Assembly: GCA_002633005.1 (NCBI GenBank)
Contig: NMRA01000998.1
Coordinates: 10,261-74,260 of the forward strand
DNA from: Phoronis australis
Taxonomy: Eukaryota > Animalia > Phoronida
Direction: 5' to 3'
DNA length: 64,000 nucleotides
Shown here: piece by piece, positions 12,501-25,300 of the stretch
How the letters are laid out: each line of letters starts with the position of its first letter
How positions within the stretch are numbered: the first letter of the stretch is position 1
Notes under the pieces: generated by a model
What the model saw: only the letters and a program-made list of their open reading frames with translations
Databases searched by the model: none
Told to the model about the DNA's origin: nothing
Position numbers and translations under genes: made by a program

Positions 12501-14208
12501 TTGCACTTGTCCATCAACTGACCTGAACTGAGGAACTATCAATGTAGTTTGCAGAGAAATGGGCCTCCAGTCATATCAAAACTTCAGACGACCCAATGGT
12601 TAGCACAGGTCTGGTAATACAAACCATTAACAATTACAATTTAGCCCTCAAAAGCAGACCACGGGACCATATTGGAAATATTCTGATAATAGAATCACCA
12701 TATTTAAGATAATGCTATTAAATATAAACTGATCCTAATGACTGAGTGCCAGGCAACAGGTAGCCCCTTGGCTGGCTTTACAGGGGCTACAGCACTCCCA
12801 TCAGTTTGGGGCTACAGCACTCCCATCAGTTTGGGGCTACAGCACTCCCATCAGTTGGGGGCTACAGCACTCCCATCAGTTTGGGACTACAGCACTCCCA
12901 TCAGTTAGGGGCTACAGCACTCCCATCAGTTTGGGGCTACAGCACTCCCATCAGTATGGGGCTACAGCACTCCCATCAGTTTGGGGCTACAGCACTCCCA
13001 TCAGTTAGGGGCTACAACACCCCTATCCGTATGGGGCTACAGCACTCCCATCAGTTGGGGCCTACAGCACTCCCATCAGTTTGGGGATACAGCACTCCCA
13101 TCAGTTAGGGGCTACAACACCCCTATCCATATGGGGCTACAGCACTCCCATCAGTTGGGGCCTACAGCACTCCCATCAGATTGGGGCTACAGCACTCCCA
13201 TCACTTTGGGGCTACAGCACTCCCATCAGTTTCGCCATTAATCTCATCCTGGGTACATTATAAACACGCGATAGCTGAAATAGGCTCACCAAATAATTGG
13301 TTTTCACAAGTTGTCAAAAACAAATTTTACACTATTGTTTCTTAAAAAACTCTTTCTTTCAGCAATCCTCTCTGGTTCTACACACATCTTCGATGAACCA
13401 TGTCCACGAGAATTAATATAACTTGGGTGAAGAATTTCTAGTCGCCATGTGTAGTGATAACCTCAAATTAAGTATTTCAACTGATGTCATGTGATCTGAG
13501 CAAGAAAGTGTGAGACTGAGTGAAGCGTGTTGCATAACACGAGTTTGCAAAAATTAGCATGGGAAGATATCTGGTGGAATTTGAAAGATTTCCGTCCCTT
13601 GGAATTTTTGTTCGTCAACAGGCATGATTTTGCAGAACTTCATCAAAATGGCACCCATTGAAGGCAGCTCAAGGGATCCGCAACAGATTTCTATGGACAT
13701 TGTTCAAATTATGTTGAGTAAATTGTCTCCAGAGTCATTGCATGTGATAATTATAACTAAATACGTATATATGCAAGGTTCATTCTTTGTTATTCACTGT
13801 ATATTGAAATGAGTAACTTTTTATGGGGGTAATACTGCCGGCTGACAGCCCAACTGGCCCCAGCCCAAACCAGTCCAGTAACAAATTTCCACAGGATATC
13901 TGTGATTCAAATATTACTAACCATATCCATTCTGGTTCATGTCAGAGTTTTAATTAGGAAATTCAAAAATCAAGGGCACATAAAGTCAACAACATAACAG
14001 AACAACGGAATTCAAGGAGTGGATATTTGGTCAAATAAGACCATTAACCTAGACGGATGCAGTACTACTTTAATTCACATATTAAATGGTAGTCTTTTCA
14101 GTAGCACATTCTGTAATTATAGGCAGTGTAGCATCAAGGTTAATACAAACCAGCAGATGATCCGCCCTCTGTTGTAATCCACCAATCATCATCCAAAGCA
14201 TCTGCCAT
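4607..14208 (-). CDS. CMSS1: CMSS1 (cms1 ribosomal small subunit homolog), 7 coding exons
   Basis: Exons (minus): 14208-14151 MADALDDDWWITTEGGSSA; 11783-11674; 9551-9422; 8301-8133 (GSPLVLILCGSAIRCVHLMR); 6666-6603 (KIVKLFAKHMK); 5142-5055 (VHIGVGTPNRV); 4779-4607 (LKFLILDWTWRDQKLKRL...stop). All GT-AG with consistent phases. The motifs match the Cms1/CMSS1 family. Confidence 0.92.
6459..6518. repeat. (TA)n microsatellite
   Basis: About 30 TA units. Confidence 0.98.
10321..11290. mobile_element. Helitron/Helentron-like non-autonomous element with internal ~150/446-bp tandem units
   Basis: Begins AACAAGAG. Segments ~10715-10845 and ~11160-11289 are diverged copies. The motif TGCCACTAGRGGGC recurs. 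Truncated at the single N at 11290. The family assignment is inference. Confidence 0.5.
12783..13232. repeat. 25-bp minisatellite, ~18 copies (GGGGCTACAGCACTCCCATCAGTTT)
   Basis: Direct tandem array in a CMSS1 intron. It explains the repetitive ORFs at 12806-13263. Confidence 0.97.
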
Positions 14209-14515
14209 GAATGCTTACCACTTAGTTTTGGATTGACGAATCAACGAAGTTAGACTAGCCTGATGGAGTTACGTCTGAAAATATAAAATAATCATTTTCA
14301 GTGTTGGGTACCACATGTTGCGATCATTATTGACCACTAGTGATCTCTAACATTGTCACTTGAAATGACAGAGATCCATAAATTAGGCGAAGGTCTATTA
14401 CAAAAATTCAATTACTACGATTTTTTACAATCAAAGACTTGCAACTACTAAAAAGTATACCTGCCTGCCTGCAGAATAGTTTGAAGAATGAATGATTTCC
14501 TGAACACTCGAAATT

Positions 14516-14715
14516 CAGAGGCAGATCAACGGGGGGGAGGGGATTCAGAGGAATTAAATCCCCCCCCCCCTGCCCCCTCATCCTGGGACAGGATCAAAGT
14601 TAAAAATAAAGAAAAATTGCCAGGAAAATGAAATCACTTACAATAACCCCCTCCCTACCTCCCCTCACTCGGTGCTATGCGTCTTGGATTCATGTGAATC
14701 CTAAACCCCCACTGA
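14516..14715. mobile_element. MITE-like remnant (CAGRGGCRGATC...GGGG family); related copies at ~14907-15035 and ~15612-15720
   Basis: 14516-14640 and 15612-15710 share cagag.cagatc.acggggg...aaaaataaa...gccaggaaaa. Confidence 0.55.
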
Positions 14716-15344
14716 GCAGTTGATAGTCCAAATCAAAAATTCATGGCAACCTCAGGTTTAGTACCACTTTCAGTTATAGGCATTGGCCTGTGACTTGTAA
14801 GCCGTCAAAGACCAATTTCCATGAATGACAGAACATGACTGACTGAACTGTTCGAATATAGCAGACCCTGGTTTTGAGAACCAGTTAGTCACCGAACAAC
14901 AAGTGTCAGTGGTGGATTTATAAGGGGGGGGGCAAGGGATTCCATTTGACTGTATGGGGGTGCAAATGTCTGATGCTAAATCCTGGCTAATACTCTGCCC
15001 TGCCCCGCCAACTCAAAATCCTGGATATAACCCAAGTGTGTTCAGCAGATGAAACATACAGCACAATATTACTCCCCAATTCAGGCTGGATGAACATATA
15101 CTAGTACACTGCAATGCCTGGCCAATTTCCCAATGAAAACAATACAATAAGGTGATTGAACAAAGAATTCCTTACAAGGCAGAGTTGAGCAGCCAAGCTC
15201 ATATGTTGACTAGAGGATATTGCCTACATTCAGACTGATTTGGGGGTCCAAGCAGACACCAGCAATTTGGCAAGGAGTCACCCCCTCCCCCCATGTCATT
15301 AATCGTTCCAGAACTAACAGGAAGCACCCAGCTAGACAATTGTA

Positions 15345-15493
15345 CATGGGCAATGCACTATAATGGGCTGGAGGGTTATGCCACACCCCCTTTAATTTTT
15401 TCAGTGCTCCGGCACCCATGGTCTATGGGCAGTGCACCACAGGGGCTGGGCTATAGCCCCCTCCCCCACTTTTTTAGTGCTACGCCGCCCATG
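15345..15493. mobile_element. Dimeric MITE with CATGG termini and 5-bp TSD (TTGTA)
   Basis: TIR catgggc.../...gcccatg, flanked by ttgta at 15340-15344 and 15494-15498. Homologous (inverted) to 46370-46503. Confidence 0.8.
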
Positions 15494-15919
15494 TTGTACG
15501 TATGAAACAGTATGAATCTAGTCAAGCTAGGTAGCTGCATTTGCTGTCCCTCTATCTCGACCTCTGTATGTCCTTACTCACTAGCCTAGTTCTCATTTAG
15601 TCTTTCCTTACCAGAGTCAGATCTACGGGGGCTCAGGGGTTTCAACCCCTCCCACGGGACAAAATCAAAAATAAAAATTTCAAAAATGTCGCCAGGAAAA
15701 CAAAATCAGCGACTAAAATCAAAACAATCTTACACGGGTAAGTACACAAATTGGCAAACTGAAACAGGTAGTTGGCTGGCTAGCTCGATGATTCCATAGC
15801 CTACGCTCCCCCCTAAGAACTGTTAGGTACGAATTCTGAATTCTCAGATTTGCTCTTGGGCAGACCCGCGGGGACAGGCCGTCCTAAAATTCTGTTAAGT
15901 ATTTCAATTGACAAAGTTA

Positions 15920-16301
15920 GTTACCGGGCGAGGGGAACGGTGTCGTTGAGAAAATAGCGATCACAAAGCATGTGTGCGATTACAGTGCCACCTTTAGAGG
16001 GTATTGGAAACTTTGTGTAAAAGTTGTTTAAACTGTTTGCTTTCAATGAATTTAAAAACGGGATTGGTTTGAAATAACCTTTGGAAAGAAACAACTAAAA
16101 ATCTACCACCACTTCGAAATATAGAAAGGCTTGACAACACATATATATATATTTTTACTGGATGTTTTGTGTTTCGAAACTTTCCGTTTGTCGGAAGAAG
16201 TGTGTTTCCGGTCAAAAATCCATATTGCGTTAGCATTGCAAGCTGTTGCCTGTTACAACGTCAGTGTTTGAGGGTAGCTGTTGACGAGAAAAAGCATAAA
16301 A
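15920..16301. promoter_or_regulatory. Probable bidirectional promoter of CMSS1 and FARSB
   Basis: Divergent genes. Putative CMSS1 non-coding exon donor (minus-strand GTAAC) at ~15924. CpG-richer segment with ETS-like TTCCG/CGGAAG sites at 16180-16211 and a TA-run at 16141-16152. Confidence 0.6.
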
Positions 16302-19300
16302 ATGCCTGTTGTTGGCGTAAAAAGAGACCTATTGTACGAGGCTCTTGGAAGAAGTTACAGTAAGTTGGTTATGATGACGAGACTTCCAAATATGACGTGC
16401 CTTACCTTACAGCTTCCATACCTAGCCCTAGGCCCAGCCAGCTAACTCTATGAAGACTTTATCGTCAAAATACAGCTAGGTACCACTGTGTGTATTTCTT
16501 CCGTAGACCCCAAAATTGCACACAGCCAGGGTAGTTCTGCTCATCACCTCGCCGTGAAACTTATATCAACATGTAAAGCTAAAGACCGGACGGGGTGCAT
16601 GCAAAATCTGGGAATCAACTGACACTCACCTTGCCCGTTACAGCCGTTTAAGTGAAAAACAATGCAATAAATATCACTTTCTTGCGTAACTCTCCATCTT
16701 TTTTAACAATGAAAAGTATGTCTTCGTTTTGGAAACAGTACACTCGTGTCACGCGCACGTGCCATTTCCTTAATTTTTGCGACAACTTAGCAGAAGCAAA
16801 ATTTATTCTGAAATTCATTTTTTCGGTATCAAAATTCTAAAAACTTATAATGAAATGAAACTAGTTTCAGTAATTTGTTGTGACGTGTACACAAGCTCGT
16901 GAAAGAACTACGGTTGATTGAAGAATCAGCGAAAAAAGAAACTGGACAATAGGTGATGCAATATTTCATGGCGCCGAAAGCCGTAGCTAAAGATCGCTCC
17001 ACAACTTTAGCAGCAAAATAACAGTAGAATGCCATTTTTTCCAAAATCGTTAAATGATTTAGTTTACTCAAGGACCATTTGAAAAAGTATTGATTGCGGG
17101 AGTATTTGTTAAAGTTGGAAGTTTTTAAAGACTCTGGTAAAAGTCAAATAAGCAGACCAATCCCCCTTTAAAATGGCTGCTGAGAACCAGTTCATTGAAT
17201 AATGCTAATGGCCATTATTCTGTGAAAACTGGTTCCTGTCAGCCATTTTGGAGACGGACTCAAGTATTCGATCTGTACCAAGACTTCAACTGCCTCCAAA
17301 GGTTCCACGTACTTTTGAAATGTACATTTATGAATGTAGTAGGGGTAAGCGTAATTTCCAGGAAATCTTCCGGCTTACAAGCTTGATTTAGGATATGCCA
17401 TCTCCTATCACACTTGATGCATGATTTAAACCAGTCCAGACTTGCATTGAAAGTATGGTCTTTCATTGGTTCAGGCTTCTTATTGCATCATTCACAATGT
17501 CACTCAGTAAGGAAGGGATGATGGATTCTCCTCAAAGGTAGCACACTTTAATGGATGTCCATCCCAATCAGTTCTGTATAGGGGTGGTTTTTCAGTAGAT
17601 TTTACTCAGGCTAAACTATCAAAGTCGTTTTGTTGTTGACTTCAAATCTAAAGGCTGTGGATGATTTTAAATCCTTCCATCTCTAACAAATACTCCAGGA
17701 ATGGCAATTTCTTTCTGATAGATGAATTCATTCACTGACAAAAATGATGGTGGTCTTCCGTAAGTTTCAATGTATTTTGGGATCAAACGGAGGATTATGT
17801 GGAGGTTGCCTACCTGTCTACTAACCACACAGTTGGGGGACATGTCTGTCAGCAGGATTGCTTGCCAGAGCAGACTGCATTAGCATGACTGAATTTTCTC
17901 TTTTACCCACAAATCTTTCTTAATCAAAAGACGAAAGAAGAGCTTCCATCATATTTCTTGTTGTCATTGTTACCCGCAGGGACAAATGGCTGAGGTGAAG
18001 GAGGGTTACATCACAGTTAATAAATGTGCTGGTAATTGTTCACATCATAAATCTTTTGAAACCATTTCAGCTGATGAAGAGTTTGATGAGCTGTGTTTTG
18101 AGTTTGGTCTGGAGCTGGATGAAATAGTAAGTATGAAGGAATAAATAAGTATGAAGGAATAAATAGTAAGTATGAAGGAATAAATAAGTATGAAGGAATA
18201 AATAGTAAGTATGAAGGAATAAATTGTAAGTATGAAGGAATAACTAGTTAGTATGAAGGAATAAATAGTAAGTATGAAGGAATAAATAGTAAGTATGAAG
18301 GAATAAATAGTAAGTATGAAGGAATAAATAGTAAGTATGAAGGAATAAATATTAAGTATGAAGGAATAAATAGTAAGTATGAAGGAATAAATAAGTATGA
18401 AGGAATAAATAAGTATGAAGGAATGAACGGTAAGCGTGAAGGAATGACTTGTAAGTGTAAAGGAATAAAAATTCTCTTTCAAGTCTCAAATCCAAACTTT
18501 TTGTGTTCATATGTGTTTGTTTGTTTTTAATAAAATTAAGGAATTTAATTTCAAGTCTGAACCTAGGTATGATACAAAATTTTGGTATAAAAACTTAAGT
18601 GCTGATAAAGTTAAGTCTGACAGTGTTTTCTTAAGTTATCTTAGACATGTTACCAAATTTTGCTAAATCACTCATTCTTGTTTTCCTTTTCATAAAATTT
18701 TACATTCTCATTTGCAGACATCTGAAGCATCCATGATAACAAAGGAAAAAGGATCAGAAAAAGCAGGACAAGCCGACGAAGCAATCATTTTCAAGATTGA
18801 AATTCCCGCCAACAGATATGACTTATTGTGCCTAGAGGGTGTTGTGAGAGGCTTACAAGTTTTTAAAGAAAAGTAAGACCTGTCTGGACTCTGAGATCCC
18901 GTCTCCAGACTCTAAATCAGACACACGATTTACCCAATCACAACCGTATTCACCTGTCATCCCAGTCACAACCGTATTCACTTGTGATATCCAAGTATTG
19001 CCTAAATACAATATTTAGTTTGCTTGGCACAAAATCTGGGTCTGTTTCTTGAAAAATTACTTTATACTTTAAATAGAAATTTGGTCTTGTGGTGCTTCGC
19101 ATAACTGTTTCTGAGAAATGCTTAAATCTCACTTGAGTAAAAGTTCAAAGTCTCTTAGAATATACACAAACCTGCTTGTTACTGAAGTAATTTCTAGAAA
19201 AAAACAGTATTCAGCAACTGTGAAGTGAGACCAAAGTTTAGTCTTAACTCTTAATTCACTTTCATGAAACGGACTCCTGTAATTTGGTAGAAAAAAAGTT

Positions 19301-22300
19301 TGAGTCCGAGTTCAAGCCTAAGACTGTGTTTAGATTTCTCATACCCAGATATAGCTAGGGAAATCGACTTCATCTTGTTTTTGTACTGTAGATCTGCATA
19401 GTAGTAGTAATGCTAGATCTCCATATGGTTAATCGTTTTTCAACAAACAGTAACTAAAAGTCAGTTGTGAAGTTGTGTTTGAATTTTTCAGAGTATCAAT
19501 GGATGGTTTTACTAAAAATGTTGAGGCCGTGGTAGCCAACATTTTTTACAAAAACAAGACATTGTCGCCTTGAAAGTTAGACTCAACTAAACTTTTATGG
19601 TTATGAATACATACTTTTTTAAAAGGACCACATTACTTCCAAATCATGGTCTGTACTTTCTTTGAACTCCCTTGAATGTAAACTTGACAACGAGCCTGTT
19701 TTTCATCAAACCTAACCTGAAACCTGCTGTTGTGTTGTAAGCATTGAGCTTTTCTTGGTTAACGCGATGTTAAAAATGAAGTATTCCTATCTGTCGCAGC
19801 AAAGTTGCTTATTACATTAAGTAACTTGCAGGAAGTCATCACGTCATTGCTCAGTTTGATGTCAAAGGATTTTAGTGGCTGAACAATGCTTGTTGTTCCC
19901 TGAAAACACGTGAGGCAAATGCGGACACTTGGCAAACTCTGATCATCTGGCGTTTCTTGCTGTGTGTCACCTTCATCGTCAGAACTCGTTTATAACAAAA
20001 TTGAGATGTAAAGCGGCATAATAATATTTTGTTCGTGTTTTTTTTAGGATTACAAATATGCTGTGTGAGCATTTAGGTTGTAAATATAAATATGACATAC
20101 TAGTTTGATATCAACATGGGAAAAGTGTTATGTACAACATTTTTATTGAAATACATTTTGTTGTTTGTTCAGGTTACAACCTCCACGATACAGAAGAGTG
20201 TCTCCTGAAGGTGGTCACATGCAACAGCTTGTCATTACTCCGTCGGTAGGTGGAATCATGAACATGGCAATTATCAATAAAATACACACTTTTATTATTA
20301 ATGAAATGTTTACAATGGGAATGTCACCTTGCTGGGGTCGGCCGTGAGATTCCTCCGTCTTGGTTCTATTCCATGCCACTATAGGTAGTTAGATTTGGTC
20401 AGAAAGGTCTAGATACTCACCAGTTCAACTTTTGTTTTAGAAGACACGTGGTTAGTATGCTAACGTGTATGGTTCACAGGTCCTCTGACATCAGCTTCAG
20501 ATTTGTTCAATTTTGCCAGTTTGACCAAAAATATTTGCACAGCGGAATAGGTCACTGTCATTTTGTTCGTCTCCAATTTGGAGTAGTTGCGAGGGGTGTA
20601 ACATAATTATCCGACCCTCTGTTGAATGGAATGACAATAACTGTTATGCTATAAAAATGTTGTCATAGCTTCTTGTGCAATTAAGATAAGTATTTTGATT
20701 AAATTTAATAGAAAGTCGCAGTATTTTTGATACTCATTCAGTTAATGCTCAAGGTACTTCAACAGGGTGGGTGTTGAGCCGAGCATGAAGCTCAGGGGTG
20801 CACATTTACCGAAATGTTTGATTTAATAAGTAAAGTCGTCAGGTTCTCCCAAGAGTATAATAAAACTAAAGGGTGTTTTTGTGCCTAAAAAAGGCAAAGT
20901 GATATTGAAATTTTGAAGGTTTGTGTATTAAAGGTAAGTTAGTTTCATACCTTTTGGGGGACTAAATTAGAATGAGGCAGAGGTTTACACGGGTGCTTTC
21001 AAGAAAGTCTTAATAATATAAATTGGAGGGTGGGCATTAAGCGAAGCATGGACGTTAAAAACTGAAAATTTGCAAATTTTGTGAGCGAGCTTTGAAGGCC
21101 AGTATGGGCATTAACCTGGAAGTGTATTTGTATCATTGTTAGAAGAGTACGATATTACACCATTGTTAAAAGAGTACGATATTACACCATTGTTAAAAGA
21201 GTACGATATTACACCATTGTTGGAAGAGTACGATATTACACCATTGTTAGAAGAGTATGATATTACACCATTGTTGGAAGAGTACGTAGTTTTGAATGTA
21301 TGTTTCATCCTTGTGTACTTATAGACATCTCAGGTTCGACCCCACGCCGTGGCTGCAGTTCTGCGTAACATTACTTTCACTGAGGACCGATACAACAGTT
21401 TCATAGATCTGCAGGATAAATTACATCACAACATTGGCCGGTGAGTTGAGTCACCTCTCATTGTTACATTTGACATATGCTTAGTCACGGTGTAGTTGCA
21501 TTAATTTATTGTATTATGCTTATAGTGAATTTATTGTATTATGCTCATAGTGAATTTATTGTATTATGCTCATGGTGAATTTATTGTATTATGCTCATAG
21601 TGATTAGTCACGGTGTAGTTGCTTTAATTTATTGTATTATGCTCATAGTGAATTTATTGTATTATGCTCATAGTGATTATTAGTCTCTGACTGCAGAAAT
21701 GCACAGAAATGTGAGGTTATAATCTCAGTAGACAGTCTTAAACATCATTTGGTCATTATGTATTCATCAGCTCGACTATTGTATGTTGCTGTAGCATTAC
21801 CCCTGATAAATGCTGACTTGTGAAAAAAAATTGACCCATCGCCAGGATTTTGAGTAGCGGCTTAACTGATCAATCAGAACGCAGCATTCTTGACACACTT
21901 GCATTTCCAAGCTGCCATTTTACCCAACAAACAACACGTTGCCGGGTAAAACTTATTGTTTGTTTGTCGCAAAAGGGCAGAGCTTGCAATAGGTCAATTG
22001 TGGGTGCATACTGTTGTCTGCCATAGTGCATGCTTGTGTGCTGAAACCACGTGAAGGATTTTGTAGTAACAACTACTGAGGGCCCCCATGGAAAGCAGTG
22101 TGAACTGATGGGACCACCCTCATTGTAAATATTACATTAATAAGTAAAATAATAAATGATCAATTAAAAGAAAAATTATGAATTAGTGTTAAGCTATGAA
22201 AAAATGCATCGATGAGAGTTGCAACTTCAAAATCAATTTTTTCGTAACAGGAAACGTTCACTCGTTGCTATTGGGACACATGACCTTGACACAATCCAAG

Positions 22301-25300
22301 GTCCATTCAGATATGAGGCCAGGCAGCCCAGTGACATCAAGTTCAGACCTTTGAACCAGACAAAAGAGTTCACTGCTGTGGAGCTCATGGACCTATACTC
22401 TGTAAGTGTCGTCTTCTTCACCCCTTAAGTAATTTTATTCCTCCCAGAATTCCCCCGAGTACTACCATGAGATACGGACATGCGCAAAGCGAACCATTCC
22501 ACGGACTTATCTTCTGGAGGAAGACGTGTTTTTCCTTTGGAAGGTTTTTTCGCGCAAGTTATACCGCGACCACGCTCAATTGCATAACTCTTTGCTACTG
22601 AGCATTTTCTTCTTATCCTATATAATCATCTTGGAAGTTTTTGGACGACCGAGCTCACCGACTCTGTGTGACTCGGCGGGCCACACCTTGCCCGGTTTTA
22701 CCGGCGCAGAGCATTACGACTCTCTATTGGCCTCATCGTATTTTCAGGCCTACCTGCTTTGGGGTTTCCGTGACCCGACACGGACCATGTGGAGTGTTTG
22801 ATAGTTGTCCTATCCTCGTACGCTTAACCTCACCGACTCTGTGTGACTCGGCGGGCCACACCTTGCCCGGTTTTACCGGCGTTGAGCATTACGACTCTCT
22901 ATTGGCCTCATCGTNNNNNNNNNNNNNNNNNNNNNNNNNNNNNNNNNNNNNNNNNNNNNNNNNNNNNNNNNNNNNNNNNNGAAGAGTACGATATTACACC
23001 ATTGTTGGAAGAGTACGATATTACACCATTGTTGGAAGAGTACGATATTACACCATTGTTAGAAGAGTACGATATTACACCATTGTTGGAAGAGTACGTA
23101 GTTTTGAATGTATGTGTCATCCTTGTGTACTTATAGACATCTCAGGTTCGACCTCACGCTGTGGCTGCAGTTCTGCGTAACATTACTTTCACTGAGGACC
23201 GATACAACAGTTTCATAGATCTGCAGGATAAATTACATCACAACATTGGCCGGTGAGTTGAGTCACTTCTCATTGTTACTTTTGACATACGCTTAGTCAC
23301 GGTGGAGTTGCTTTAATTTATTGTATTATGCTCATAGTGAATTTATTGTATTATGCTCATAGTGATTAGTCTCAGCAGAAATGCACAGAAATGTGAGGTT
23401 ATAATCTCAGTAGACAGTCTTAAACATCATTTGGTCGTTATGTATTCATCAGCTCGACTGTTGTATGTTGCTGTAGCATTACCCCTGATAAATGCTGACT
23501 TTTGCAAAAAATTGACCCATCGCCAAGATTTTGAGTGACGGCTTAAGTGACCAATCAGACTGCAGCATTCTTGACACGCCTCTGTTTCCAAGCTGCCATT
23601 TTACCCAACAAACAACACGTTGCCGGGTAAAATTTATTGTTTGTTTGTCGCAAAGGGGCGGAACTTGCAATAGGTCAATTGTGGGTGCATACTGTTGTCT
23701 GCCATAGTGTATGCTTGTGTGCTGAAACCGCATGAAGGATTTTGTAGTAACAACTACTGAGGGCCCTCATGGAAATCAGTGTGAACTGATGGGACCACCC
23801 TCATTGTAAATATTACATTAATAAGTAAAATAATAAATGATAAATAAAAAGAAAAATTATAAATTAATGTGAAGCTATGAAAAATGCATCGATGACAGTT
23901 GCAACTTCGAAATCAATTTTTTCATAACAGGAAACGTTCACTCGTTGCTATTGGGACACATGACCTTGACACAATCCAAGGTCCATTCAGATATGAGGCC
24001 AGGCAGCCCAGTGACATCAAGTTCAGACCTTTGAACCAGACAAAAGAGTTCACTGCTGTGGAGCTCATGGACCTATACTCTGTAAGTGTCCGTCTTCTTC
24101 ACCCCTTAAGTAAATATTGTGAAATCACTGAGAGACTAAAGTTGACAGATGGTAGCAGACGTTTCGTCCTGGTCCGTCAGTCCATGACTGGAGTATGCTT
24201 CACCCCTTCTTAGACCCTTGATGAAGTTTCTTCTCAGCTTTCATCAAAGCTCTCCTCCTTCAGTATAATTGATCCAGGTTCCCATCCAGTCTCCATGAAC
24301 AGGAAAAAGTTTTTGCTAATTAAAATTACAGACTTCTCACTCTGTGTTGTTGCCTGTCTTAAAAATGTGCCTAATGAGTGTTTTAAGAAATTGTCTACTT
24401 AATCTGCAGCTGTAAATTATGTCAAAAACGAAATCACACCAAGAGATTACAGTAAATCATTTCAAAAATAAGCCAAAAGCCTTTGTCCTGAAATATTACT
24501 TATTTTCAAAAGAGGATGCCTGTACTGTGTTATTATCTCAACGAAAGTATTTTTCTGTTTCAGCTATTGACTGTATATTTTTTTATTTTACAGGGTGATA
24601 GCCATTTGAAGGCCTACCTGCCAATCATCCGAGATAAACCTGTGTATCCCGTCATTTACGATAAGAATGGCACAGTGCTGTCCATGCCACCCATAATTAA
24701 TGGTACAGTGACTTTGAACTTTTGAACTTTAGTAATTCAGGTATCAGATGCACTTTCTTTTTAAGCTTCACTCACTGTCTTTGAATTAACGTAAGCTGTT
24801 ATGGTATGCAGAACTAGCAACAGAAATCTAGGGGAAAGGTTGCTGCTGTGAACTGGTTCCTTTTGAGGTGGGATGTCGAGGTTTTCTGTCTTCTTCTTTA
24901 TGGAGGTTCCTGAAGGTGGCTAGTGTGAACCATTCCATGAAGGTGGTCAGAGTGTTTGGACAGAAGACTGTAGAGGGAGCACATGCATTATGCGGAAGTA
25001 CATGTCCGATAGTTATTAAAATGGAGTTAGGACTTGATGGCCAACTGCAACGCAACTACATCAACCAGCTGTTGCGGGCCCACCATGTGGTGAGATCTGG
25101 AGCTTAATGGGCCGAAATCTTGAGGAAGCACGGGGCTCAGCTGATGATTGCAGTTTGCCGTGGAGCACAACCATTTCTCCTTGTGTATTTAATTCTCTGA
25201 CATTGATATGTTTTTGTTGGATGTAGTGGCCCCTACACACAATGCATCCTCCACCAGGGATAATCAGTGGAGTGGCACCTACACACAATGCATCCTCCAC

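Noticed and set aside
12783-13232. Repeat array as CRISPR or as repetitive protein ORFs
   Set aside because: Units are contiguous with no unique spacers, there are no cas genes, and it lies in a eukaryotic intron. The ORFs are by-products of a stop-free unit.
17200-17950. Coding-like stretch in FARSB intron 1
   Set aside because: All frames examined are interrupted and no family motif was recognised. Possibly a decayed transposon, but unsupported.
18045-18482. 145-aa hydrophobic ORF (IYSFILT repeats)
   Set aside because: Antisense translation of the donor minisatellite.
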